From assembly GCA_017546265.1 (NCBI GenBank), contig JAFYXG010000011.1, positions 221 through 64,220 on the forward strand: a stretch of DNA of 64,000 nt, given 5' to 3'. A model generated the notes under the pieces. That model was not told the DNA's origin. It did not search any database and saw only the letters and a list, made by a program, of their open reading frames with translations. Shown here piece after piece: positions 8,528 through 17,302 of this stretch. Position 1 is the stretch's first letter, and every line of letters starts with the position of its first letter. A program made the translations under genes and the position numbers. The DNA comes from Alphaproteobacteria bacterium. Lineage in GTDB: Bacteria > Pseudomonadota > Alphaproteobacteria > Rs-D84.

Positions 8528-10567
8528 ATGAAATTCAAAAAAATCTTACGCGTACTATTAAATATAATATTTTGGGCATTTGTTGCGGGCATTGCGTCAT
8601 TGGCTGCATTGGTTTTGATTTATGGTAATGATTTGCCTGATTATAAGAAGTTGGCGACATACGCACCGCCGGTTGCAACCCGTCTGTATGCGTCTGATGG
8701 TTCACTGTTGATTGAATATGCCGAAGAACGCCGTGTATTTATTGACTATGCAGATTTGCCGCCCCAGTTGGTAAATGCCTTTATTGCGGCGGAAGATCAA
8801 AATTTTTGGACACATCCCGGCATAGATGTCCAGGGGATTATTCGTGCAGTTGCGAATAATGGTTTGCGTATGCTGGGATATAATACAACGCTGTCTGGTG
8901 CATCGACCATCACGCAGCAGGTTGCCAAGAATTTCTTTTTAACATCTGAACGGACTATTTCCCGCAAAATACGCGAGGCCATATTGGCCCTGCGTCTGGA
9001 ACGTGCATTTTCTAAGCAGCATATTTTAACCTTGTACATGAATCAGATATTTTTGGGGGCCCGTGCATATGGTGTTGGGTCTGCTGCCTTAATGTATTTT
9101 AACAAGCCCGTATCAGAATTAACATTGGCAGAATGTGCATTTTTGGCATCATTGCCCAAGGCACCAAACAATCGTGACCGTGCGGTTGAACGGCGAAACT
9201 ATGTTCTTCGCCGCATGCAGGAAGAGGGCTTTATAACCGCGGGCCAGGCTGCATCTGCTGCTGAAGAAGAATTAAATATCAACAGTGGTTTTACTGCTCA
9301 AATGCAGCCAGAATTTCAGTATTTCGCCGAAGATGTTCGCCGTCAGTTATTGGGGACATTGGGACGCGAAACGTTATATAACCAGGGGCTGTATATCAAG
9401 ACAACAATCGTGCCGGAATTGCAGATTGCTGCATCAAAGGCCTTGAACAAAGAATTGGACGCATACAATGCGGGTCGCAGTGACAAACTGCAGGGGGCTA
9501 TTATTGCTATGAATCCACATACAGGTCGAATTGTTGCGATGACTGGTGGCAGCTCATTCCGTGAAAGTTCGTTTAATCGTGCCACCCAGGCATATCGTCA
9601 AATTGGTTCGACCATTAAACCATTTGTTTATTTGTCGGCTTTGGAACGAGGGTACAGTCCTCAAACAATGATACTGGACGCACCGATTGTTGGTTGGCGT
9701 GAAAATGATACATTGTGGAAGCCTGAAAACTATGACAAGACATTTATGGGTGATGTACCGTTACGCTTATCCTTGGAAACATCTCGCAATGTTCCGACTG
9801 TACGTTTGGTTGAACAGATTGGAACAGAGAATGCGATTGAAGTGGCTCAACGTTTTGGTGTTTATCCGTCTGACATGTCGAATATGAATTTGTCTATGGC
9901 ACTGGGGTCTGGTGAAACGACATTAGAAAAATTAGTTTTGGGTTATTCTGCGTTTGTAAATGGTGGTCGTGTAATTCAGCCAAAATTGGTTGATTATATC
10001 GAGGACAGATATGGTCGTGTTATTGACGGTACGCCAACCCAAATTGTTGAATGGTCTCCGGATTTGTTGCCACCCGAAACAGTAACGGAATCAGAACCAT
10101 TGTCAGATCCACAAAGTCTGTATCAAATGGTTTCTATTTTACAGGGTGCTGTTGAACGTGGGACGGGTAAACAGGCCCGTGTTCCAGGACATACTATTGC
10201 GGGCAAGACTGGCACGACCAACGATGTCAAAGACGTGTGGTTTGTTGGTTTTTCTAAGAATTTAATTGCGGGTGTATATCTGGGTTTTGATACGCCAAAG
10301 TCTTTAGGTCGTGGTGCAGGTTCACACATGGCGGCACGTGTATTTGCAGATTTTATGAGTGTTGCGCTGGAAAACGAAAAGAATCAGCCTTTTGCGGTAC
10401 CTGATGGTATGACGTTTATGCGTGTCAATCGCCGCAGTGGTGCCGCCGCATCGGCTGACCCATCAGGCACAATTATACAAGAGGCCTTTAAGCCAGGCCA
10501 AACTCCAAATCCTGCACCAAAACGTACATCTGCCGATATAGATGCGGTTGTTGGTGGTGTGTTTTAG
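8528..10567 (+). CDS. mrcA: class A penicillin-binding protein (PBP1A-type transglycosylase/transpeptidase)
   Basis: N-terminal TM anchor. GT51 motifs EDQNFWTHPGID and RKIREA. Transpeptidase motifs STIKP, SRN and KTGTT. Confidence 0.9.
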   Translation: MKFKKILRVLLNIIFWAFVAGIASLAALVLIYGNDLPDYKKLATYAPPVATRLYASDGSLLIEYAEERRVFIDYADLPPQLVNAFIAAEDQNFWTHPGIDVQGIIRAVANNGLRMLGYNTTLSGASTITQQVAKNFFLTSERTISRKIREAILALRLERAFSKQHILTLYMNQIFLGARAYGVGSAALMYFNKPVSELTLAECAFLASLPKAPNNRDRAVERRNYVLRRMQEEGFITAGQAASAAEEELNINSGFTAQMQPEFQYFAEDVRRQLLGTLGRETLYNQGLYIKTTIVPELQIAASKALNKELDAYNAGRSDKLQGAIIAMNPHTGRIVAMTGGSSFRESSFNRATQAYRQIGSTIKPFVYLSALERGYSPQTMILDAPIVGWRENDTLWKPENYDKTFMGDVPLRLSLETSRNVPTVRLVEQIGTENAIEVAQRFGVYPSDMSNMNLSMALGSGETTLEKLVLGYSAFVNGGRVIQPKLVDYIEDRYGRVIDGTPTQIVEWSPDLLPPETVTESEPLSDPQSLYQMVSILQGAVERGTGKQARVPGHTIAGKTGTTNDVKDVWFVGFSKNLIAGVYLGFDTPKSLGRGAGSHMAARVFADFMSVALENEKNQPFAVPDGMTFMRVNRRSGAAASADPSGTIIQEAFKPGQTPNPAPKRTSADIDAVVGGVF

Positions 10568-10608
10568 ACACATGGTTAACGGGTAAAAAACATACAAGGG
10601 AGAAAAGC

Positions 10609-10899
10609 ATGAAAAAAATATTATTACCAGTTGTATTTATTTGTGCATTAACTGCGTGTGAAAGGTCTTCTTCATATATGCAGTGTGGTGATTATCGTGT
10701 ATCTGATATTACCTTTACCCCAGATGGCACAATCATGGATGCGTATGTAAACGATACGCTGACTCGTTTTTATTTGGTCCAGTCTGCATCTGGCTCCAAG
10801 TACGATGGTGTTTATAATGCAAAACAAATGATTTTATGGTCTCGTGGAGAAGCATGGACGATGTTCATAAATGATGGGCCTGCATTGGAATGTAAATAA
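10609..10899 (+). CDS. MliC-like lipoprotein (inhibitor of c-type lysozyme family)
   Basis: Lipobox LTAC. The pattern ...QCGDY...SASGSKYDG...ILWSRGEAW...EC matches the MliC domain as recalled. Confidence 0.7.
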   Translation: MKKILLPVVFICALTACERSSSYMQCGDYRVSDITFTPDGTIMDAYVNDTLTRFYLVQSASGSKYDGVYNAKQMILWSRGEAWTMFINDGPALECK

Positions 10900-10941
10900 T
10901 TCCCACAATAACATTTGTATCTGGAATCTTTTGTGATAGAA

Positions 10942-10978
10942 TGTCAGCATAAAGGAAAAAGGATTTTTTATGCTGACA
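10942..10978 (+). promoter_or_regulatory. 12-bp perfect hairpin enclosing the mraY Shine-Dalgarno and start codon
   Basis: TGTCAGCATAAA (10942-10953) and TTTATGCTGACA (10967-10978). The 13-nt loop GGAAAAAGGATTT carries the SD. ATG 10970 lies in the 3' arm. Confidence 0.5.
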
Positions 10979-12058
10979 GATTATTTTTATGATCATGGTT
11001 TATCATTTTTTGCCAGTGGGTGGACTCAGTTTGCCGGGGCATTTTTTATTTCTTTTCTGATAATGTTGATTTTTGGTCGTCCGTTTATACGTACGATGCA
11101 TGCACTGCAGAAACGTGGACAACCAATCAGTGAAAATGTTCCTGAATCTCATCGTAAAAAGGCAGGCACACCAACTATGGGCGGTATATTGGTTGTTATT
11201 GCGATACTGATCGCCAGTTTGCTGTTTATGCCATTGTCAAATCCAACAGGTTGGATTGCGTTGACATCATTGGTAATGTTTGGTTGTTTGGGCTTTGTTG
11301 ATGATTATAAAAAGGTTGTGTCCCAGTCTAAAAAGGCGTCCAATGGTTTGTCGCCTGCGACTCGTTTATTTGTCGAGGGGATATTTGTAGTAATTTTGGC
11401 ATATTTGATAAACAAAACCATGCCTCCATATATTCCAGAATATTCACTGGCGATTGGTGCCGGCATAATATTGCCATTGGGTATATGGTATTATCTGTTT
11501 GGTTATTTTGTTATTTGTGGCAGTGCCAACGCAACAAATATTACTGACGGTCTGGACGGAATGTTGGCTAAATTGTATATGCCAGTGTTGGTTGTGTTGG
11601 TGGTTGCCTTGTATGGTGCGACCCGTATTGGTTTTATGGACACGGTAATGTTTCTGCCTATGGCCAGTGGTTTGTACGCGGTTCTGGGGGCGGCGTTTGG
11701 TGCTGTGCTGGGATTTTTGTGGTTTAATGCTCGTCCTGCGTCTATATTCATGGGGGATGTAGGTTCATTGGCGTTGGGCGGATTTATGGGTACGGTTGCG
11801 ATGTTGTTAAAATCGGAACTTATTATGGGGATTGCAGCAGGTATGATGGTTTTGATATTGTTATCATCGTTCACCCAGACCATGTATTTCAAGATTACAC
11901 GCAAAATCACAGGCACTGGCCGCCGCATATTTCGCCGGGCACCCCTGCATCATCATTTTGAAGAATTGGGTTGGACAGAAACCAAAATAGTTGAACGTTT
12001 CTTTATTATGTCGGTATTGTTTTCTGGCCTGGCATTGGTTTTATTAAAGTTCGCATAA
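10970..12058 (+). CDS. mraY: phospho-N-acetylmuramoyl-pentapeptide transferase
   Basis: Motifs DDYKKV, NATNITDGLDG and MGDVGSLALGG; polytopic membrane protein. Confidence 0.95.
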   Translation: MLTDYFYDHGLSFFASGWTQFAGAFFISFLIMLIFGRPFIRTMHALQKRGQPISENVPESHRKKAGTPTMGGILVVIAILIASLLFMPLSNPTGWIALTSLVMFGCLGFVDDYKKVVSQSKKASNGLSPATRLFVEGIFVVILAYLINKTMPPYIPEYSLAIGAGIILPLGIWYYLFGYFVICGSANATNITDGLDGMLAKLYMPVLVVLVVALYGATRIGFMDTVMFLPMASGLYAVLGAAFGAVLGFLWFNARPASIFMGDVGSLALGGFMGTVAMLLKSELIMGIAAGMMVLILLSSFTQTMYFKITRKITGTGRRIFRRAPLHHHFEELGWTETKIVERFFIMSVLFSGLALVLLKFA

Positions 12059-12079
12059 ACATCGGGGATTATCAGCAAT

Positions 12080-13228
12080 ATGTTCAAGATTACACGCACC
12101 GAAGACAGTAAATTAACCAGTTGGTATTTTGAAACGGATCGCCGCCTGTTGGGTTGTATTCTGTTGATGATGGTTTTGTCTGTTATATTTGCACTGTCTG
12201 CAGGGTCGGTTGCGGCCGAGCGTATTGGTCAATCATGGCATTTCTTTCTGGGCAAGGCTGTTCCGTTTTATATATTGGGGCTGACCATTTTATTCGGTAC
12301 CAGTTTTCTGACCAAGAAACAGGTTCTGTGGGTTGCGGGGGCGGATTTGGCGTTTGGTTTGGCCTTGTTGCCATTGACGGTGATAGCACCACATATTATC
12401 AAGAATTCTGCCCGATTTGTATCTTTTGGTTTTTTTAATGTTATGCCTTCGGATATTATGAAGCCGGGCTTTATTGTGTTGACTGCGTACTTTCTGTCCT
12501 TGATGAAGGAAAAGTATGGTTCAAATATCTTTTCGAACAGAGCTGCCTGGCGTTTTGACACGTGGCTCAGTTGGGTGTATTATTTGCTGTTGTTTGGAAT
12601 AGTCGTGGCGATTATCTTTAATCATCCAGACCTGGGGACATCGGTTTTATATCTGGCCGTGTTTACTGCAATGATATTTATTGCGGGGCTGCCGTGGGTA
12701 TTTATTCCTGTGTTGGCGGGAATTGGTATTTTGATGTTAACGGTTGGTTTTTTTACCTTTGGTCATATTCATCGCCGAATAATCGCATTCTTTACGGGGG
12801 CGGGCGACACGTACCAGGTTGATAATTCGGTTGATGCGATACGCAATGGCGGGTTGCTGGGGGCGGGGGACGATGCGTTTGTAAAGCAATACCTGCCGGA
12901 CGTGCATACAGACTTTATCTTTGCGGCGATTGCCGAAGACATTGGTGCGATAATGGCATGTGGCTTATTGGTGTTATTGTTCTATGTGTTCAGGCGGCTA
13001 GTTGTAAATGCGACTCGTGCTCGTGATTTGTTTGTTTTGTATGCGGTTGGTGGTACGGCTGCTTTGTTTGGTACGCAGATATGCTTTAACATGTTAACGA
13101 CATTGAACCTGTTTGCACCTAAGGGTATGACGTTACCGTTTATCTCGTACGGGGGCAGTTCGTTGCTGGCATACTGTTTATTGTTTGGTATGATATTGGC
13201 ACTGATACGCGAAGACAGGTGGAAATAA
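12080..13228 (+). CDS. ftsW: SEDS-family peptidoglycan polymerase FtsW
   Basis: Motifs TDFIFAAIAEDIG and LPFISYGGSS; about 10 TM segments; lies between mraY and murG. Confidence 0.9.
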   Translation: MFKITRTEDSKLTSWYFETDRRLLGCILLMMVLSVIFALSAGSVAAERIGQSWHFFLGKAVPFYILGLTILFGTSFLTKKQVLWVAGADLAFGLALLPLTVIAPHIIKNSARFVSFGFFNVMPSDIMKPGFIVLTAYFLSLMKEKYGSNIFSNRAAWRFDTWLSWVYYLLLFGIVVAIIFNHPDLGTSVLYLAVFTAMIFIAGLPWVFIPVLAGIGILMLTVGFFTFGHIHRRIIAFFTGAGDTYQVDNSVDAIRNGGLLGAGDDAFVKQYLPDVHTDFIFAAIAEDIGAIMACGLLVLLFYVFRRLVVNATRARDLFVLYAVGGTAALFGTQICFNMLTTLNLFAPKGMTLPFISYGGSSLLAYCLLFGMILALIREDRWK

Positions 13229-13249
13229 AGGATAACAAGGGGGTGTAAT

Positions 13250-14293
13250 ATGAAAATATGGATTGCAACGGGTGGTACAGGTGGGCATGTTTATCCAGCG
13301 CTTAGTGTTGCCCAGTGTTTATCAACTCGTGGTCATCGTGTGACGATTTCGTGTGATGGTCGTGTTCGAGATATGGTTCGCCGTGGTGCACCACACGGGG
13401 CACGATTTGTTCACGTATGGGCATCAGGTGTTGGTGCGAAAAGTCGCATACGTCAAATGTGGGCATTGACCAAGATAGGTGTATCTGCGGCGGCATTGAC
13501 ATTGCGTTTCATGATATTTCGTCCAAATCGGGTTGTTGCGTTTGGGGGATATGCATCTGTGCCTGCGGTTTTTGCGGCCCATGTTTGGGGTGTGCCGACA
13601 TTTTTGCATGAACAGAACGCAGCGATTGGTCGTGCGAATAAGTTTGCGATGCGCTGGGTTAAGACTTTGATGACCAGTTTTCCAAATGTTTCTGGCGTGC
13701 CTAATTCCACTACGCGTGTTGTGTTTACGGGATTGCCTGTACGTGGAGATTTTTTATTGGCGGCGGGTTCTGCGTTGCCTGGGGCATCACGTTTGTTGGT
13801 TACAGGCGGGTCACTGGGGGCCCAAATTTTGGACGAAGTCGTCCCCACGGCTGTTGCCTCGTTAAAGAATAAAAAGATATTTGTAACTCATCAAACTCGG
13901 CCTGAAAACGTAGAAAAACTGCAACGTTTTTATGCGGACAATGGTGTACGTGCGAATGTCTTGTCGTTTATTCACGATATGGCTGGTGCGATTGCTGGTG
14001 CTGATTTGGTGATTGGTCGCAGTGGTGCCAGCACTGTCATAGAACTGCAAACAATTGGTCGTCCTGCTATATTGGTGCCATTAGGTATAAACCCGGACCA
14101 GGCGGCTAATGCGGCCAGTTTTGCTAAAACTGGCGGAGGCTTTGCAATAGAGCAGTCAAAGTTTACTGCAAAATGGTTATCATCTACTTTGTCGGAATTG
14201 TTTGAAAATCCATCACGTCTTCAGAAAATGGCGACCAAGGCATTGACTCCAAACAATGCGGTTGATTTAATCTGTGATGAAATAACTAAATAG
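13250..14293 (+). CDS. murG: UDP-GlcNAc:lipid I N-acetylglucosaminyltransferase
   Basis: Motifs GGTGGHVYPAL, TGGSLGA and GRSGASTVIEL...PAILVP. Confidence 0.9.
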   Translation: MKIWIATGGTGGHVYPALSVAQCLSTRGHRVTISCDGRVRDMVRRGAPHGARFVHVWASGVGAKSRIRQMWALTKIGVSAAALTLRFMIFRPNRVVAFGGYASVPAVFAAHVWGVPTFLHEQNAAIGRANKFAMRWVKTLMTSFPNVSGVPNSTTRVVFTGLPVRGDFLLAAGSALPGASRLLVTGGSLGAQILDEVVPTAVASLKNKKIFVTHQTRPENVEKLQRFYADNGVRANVLSFIHDMAGAIAGADLVIGRSGASTVIELQTIGRPAILVPLGINPDQAANAASFAKTGGGFAIEQSKFTAKWLSSTLSELFENPSRLQKMATKALTPNNAVDLICDEITK

Positions 14294-14302
14294 ATTATGA
14301 TT

Positions 14303-14328
14303 GGGTCGTCTGAAAGCGGCCCTTTTTT
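14303..14328. terminator. bidirectional terminator between murG and the PagL-like gene
   Basis: GGGTCG / CGGCCC hairpin (one G-U pair) followed by a T6 run. Confidence 0.5.
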
Positions 14329-14333
14329 ATATT

Positions 14334-14882
14334 TCAGAAACTGTAATTTACTCCCATTCCCAGAAAGTTAAATCCATGATTAAGTTCTGTAAAGTCGCCA
14401 TTTGAAAAGTGTATTGTGAACAGTTCTGCCCGTGTTTTATCAGTTATGTTTTTTCCGATAAATACTCGTTCTCCGAATGCCAGTCGGCTTTCCACATATC
14501 TGTCACCACTGTCCCGCATATATGGTCCGATTCCCAGTCCTGCGTACCAGCCGCATTTTGAAAACAGGACGATATCCCATGCGATACCAATCGCACCGAA
14601 CGAAGTACCTTGTTCACTGTTGTATGCAGTGTTTTGCAGTGCATGAATATTAACGCGTGCGGGCAGTCTAAGTATTTCAATGGGTTGGCTGTATTGAAAC
14701 ATCGCCAATGTTGAAGGAGTTAAATCCCAGTCCCATGGCCACAGCAGATGTCCCAGGTCGCCGTGTCCTGTGCTTTGTGCGACCAGTAAGCCTATACTAT
14801 TTTGTGTGTTTTCTGCAAACATTGGATTTGCATGTACGTTTGTGCTCAGCATCACGGCGAAACAAAAATAAATTTTTTTCAT
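14334..14882 (-). CDS. PagL-like lipid A deacylase / acyloxyacyl hydrolase outer-membrane protein
   Basis: ORF trimmed to ATG 14882 (MKKIYFCFAVMLSTNVHA signal peptide). C-terminal HFSNG His/Ser motif and terminal aromatic residues YSF, typical of small OM beta-barrels. Confidence 0.65.
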   Translation of the reverse strand: MKKIYFCFAVMLSTNVHANPMFAENTQNSIGLLVAQSTGHGDLGHLLWPWDWDLTPSTLAMFQYSQPIEILRLPARVNIHALQNTAYNSEQGTSFGAIGIAWDIVLFSKCGWYAGLGIGPYMRDSGDRYVESRLAFGERVFIGKNITDKTRAELFTIHFSNGDFTELNHGFNFLGMGVNYSF

Positions 14883-15077
14883 ATGTAAAATTATATTCAG
14901 AAAAATCATATGTTCTACTGGACAGAATTCATAAAAATGCCGCAGATAACTGTGTATTAGTTGTTTACACAGTAAAAAAAAATTGTTATAATCAAAGAAG
15001 ATGAACACACTAACTGTGTGTTGCTATGCGTACAAAGGTTGGATTTCTGGGGACGCCCAGAATACAGGGAGAGCTTA

Positions 15078-17219
15078 ATGAAAAGTCAAAAGATTGCAGA
15101 TTCCGTCAAGAATGCAGTGGGTACGGTATTTTTACTGGCCGGGGCATTTTTTGTATGTTCTACATTATTGTCAATGCGTTCTGTTTTTGCAGATCCGATT
15201 GCACCGGTTGATTTGAATATGTTGCAGGGTGGTCAAAATGGTCGTTCAAATGCAGCCGGGCGTGCGGCGGGGCGTGCCAGTCCGCGTTCCACATCTGCAA
15301 ATCGTGCCACGGTTGCACGTACAACGGTTGCGGGTCAGAATAATGTTGGTGCGACATCGCGTGCGACAACTGGACAAAATCGTGCTGTCAGATCGCGTGC
15401 GGCGACATCACGATCAGATGCAGCGGCGGGTCGTGTGAATCAGTCTCGTAATGTTGTGTCACGTCAAAATGCGGTAACAACCCGTGCCAATGCGACTGCA
15501 AGTCGTACGGTTCGTGCCCGCACGGCAACTACGGATGCTGCCAGTAATGCTCGCGTTTCGTTACAGGGTGGTGCAATTCGCGGTTCAAAAACAACGAACA
15601 GCACATCTTATTCCTATTTGTCGGGCAAATTGTACACTGGCAACTATTCAAACATCATAGATACGACCACGGGTCTGATTTCTGCGGACGCGTTCAGTAA
15701 CTGTATGGAATCATATTACACTTGTATGGACGAAATTTGTACTGCACGTAATGCGGCCCAACGCCGTTGTGCATGTGCTGGTCGGGTCAAGGCCTTTGCC
15801 GAGGCTGAAGCCGCCCTGGAAACTGCGAACGAAGAACTGATTAAGGTGTCGGGTGAATTGGCATTGTTGATTGCGAACAAGGGCAAAGACGTATCCGAAG
15901 CGTTCAAATTGACCGATGCGGAAAAGGTTATGAACTGTGTTTCATGGCGTGATGCCAGCAAGAATGGCACCGCGACCGAGGATGAATTTGGTGCCTGGTG
16001 TGCAGAACATGGCATATATGATGGTACATGCAATCGCACAACAGCCCCATCATATTGCAAAACGTCTGGAAACGATTTTGGCTTTGATGTAAGTAATTTG
16101 GACGGCAGTGGTTCCGACATTTTGGCGTCCCTGCAGGCCTGGGCCGATGCCAAGGAACAGACATTAACAATCATCACAGATGATGCAGACAGCCTGACAT
16201 CTGCGTTTGATAATTTATCCAGTGTGGTCAGTGGGATGGCTGGTGTTGGTGGTGCATTGGCAGCATCGGATAACCTGACAGATTCATTGGCGGAAACATG
16301 GGGGTATGAATTGTTTGAATACGCACACAACAATGTTTGTGCCCGCGTATTGGATTCTTGCTTTAACGGCATATTCGAGGCTTGTGGTACCCCGCCATCT
16401 GGCACCAAGTGCAGCAATGGTGCAGCCCAGTGTCCATATAATTACAACAGTCATATAACAGTAAACAATACTGGCACCTATGAATTAAACTTTGTCAAGG
16501 CGTCCAGTGGTTACAGTGCGTCAAATTCTGCGACATGTTTTGGTTATACGACTGCATCGGGTGATCCGTATTCAAATCTGCGTGGTCCTGTTGCTGATGC
16601 ACGCCGCAGTGTTATGCAGAAATATGCATTGGATGCGAACGCAGACTGTGATGCGTACGGTGAACAATTGCGTACATCGGCCCAGAACATCGGCTATCAA
16701 AAGGTTGCTGCCCAACAGGCTTTGCAGCAGAAACGCTTGGAATTCGCTCGTGAAGAGGCGGATTCGATTCTGACGGCGGCGGTTTCAGCCGGTACAAACT
16801 TTAACGAATGTATCAGTGAACTCTATGACTGTTATGAAACCCAGTTGTCATCTAATCCGTCATGGCCAGACGCGCGCATTCGCACATATTGTTCCCAGAT
16901 TGCAAACGTACCACATTGTTACGAGGAAATGATATGTAATCCATCAACGGCCCAGTTCCGTGCCGTTATTGACAAAGCGGACAGCACAACCTGTGTGAAT
17001 ACTCAGGATTACACAACAAACACATGCCGCAACATTGTGACATTGAATGAAATTCTGAATGGTACAGGTGCCGAAGCGGCAGAACCGGTCTATGACGAAA
17101 AGGCTTCGGAATCTAAGCAGGGTACACATAATTCGGCGGCATATCGTGAACATTGCTTACAAGAAGCAGGTGTTGACGAAATCCGCAACTGGTTCGAGAA
17201 CAATCGGGTCAAGAATTAA
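15078..17219 (+). CDS. secreted Cys-rich protein, paralog 1 (713 aa), function unknown
   Basis: ORF trimmed to ATG 15078 (AGGGAGAG RBS). Hydrophobic N-terminal signal/anchor, an R/S/T/A/N low-complexity region of about 130 aa, then a Cys-rich domain. Shares the C-x6-C-M-D-x2-C-x9-C-x-C motif with 17303-19558. Confidence 0.8.
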   Translation: MKSQKIADSVKNAVGTVFLLAGAFFVCSTLLSMRSVFADPIAPVDLNMLQGGQNGRSNAAGRAAGRASPRSTSANRATVARTTVAGQNNVGATSRATTGQNRAVRSRAATSRSDAAAGRVNQSRNVVSRQNAVTTRANATASRTVRARTATTDAASNARVSLQGGAIRGSKTTNSTSYSYLSGKLYTGNYSNIIDTTTGLISADAFSNCMESYYTCMDEICTARNAAQRRCACAGRVKAFAEAEAALETANEELIKVSGELALLIANKGKDVSEAFKLTDAEKVMNCVSWRDASKNGTATEDEFGAWCAEHGIYDGTCNRTTAPSYCKTSGNDFGFDVSNLDGSGSDILASLQAWADAKEQTLTIITDDADSLTSAFDNLSSVVSGMAGVGGALAASDNLTDSLAETWGYELFEYAHNNVCARVLDSCFNGIFEACGTPPSGTKCSNGAAQCPYNYNSHITVNNTGTYELNFVKASSGYSASNSATCFGYTTASGDPYSNLRGPVADARRSVMQKYALDANADCDAYGEQLRTSAQNIGYQKVAAQQALQQKRLEFAREEADSILTAAVSAGTNFNECISELYDCYETQLSSNPSWPDARIRTYCSQIANVPHCYEEMICNPSTAQFRAVIDKADSTTCVNTQDYTTNTCRNIVTLNEILNGTGAEAAEPVYDEKASESKQGTHNSAAYREHCLQEAGVDEIRNWFENNRVKN

Positions 17220-17223
17220 AACC

Positions 17224-17249
17224 AAATCCCCCAATTGGGGGATTTTTTT
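17224..17249 (+). terminator. Rho-independent terminator
   Basis: AAATCCCCC-AATT-GGGGGATTT hairpin followed by a T run. Confidence 0.7.
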
Positions 17250-17302
17250 ATGAAAACGTTTTTATTCAATAAAAAAATATGATATAATCACAGGTAAAGA
17301 TA

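Noticed and set aside
15716-16417. 233-aa minus-strand ORF inside the first Cys-rich gene (and 17266-17823 inside the second)
   Set aside because: They are antisense shadows. The sense frames carry signal peptides, a shared Cys motif and terminators.
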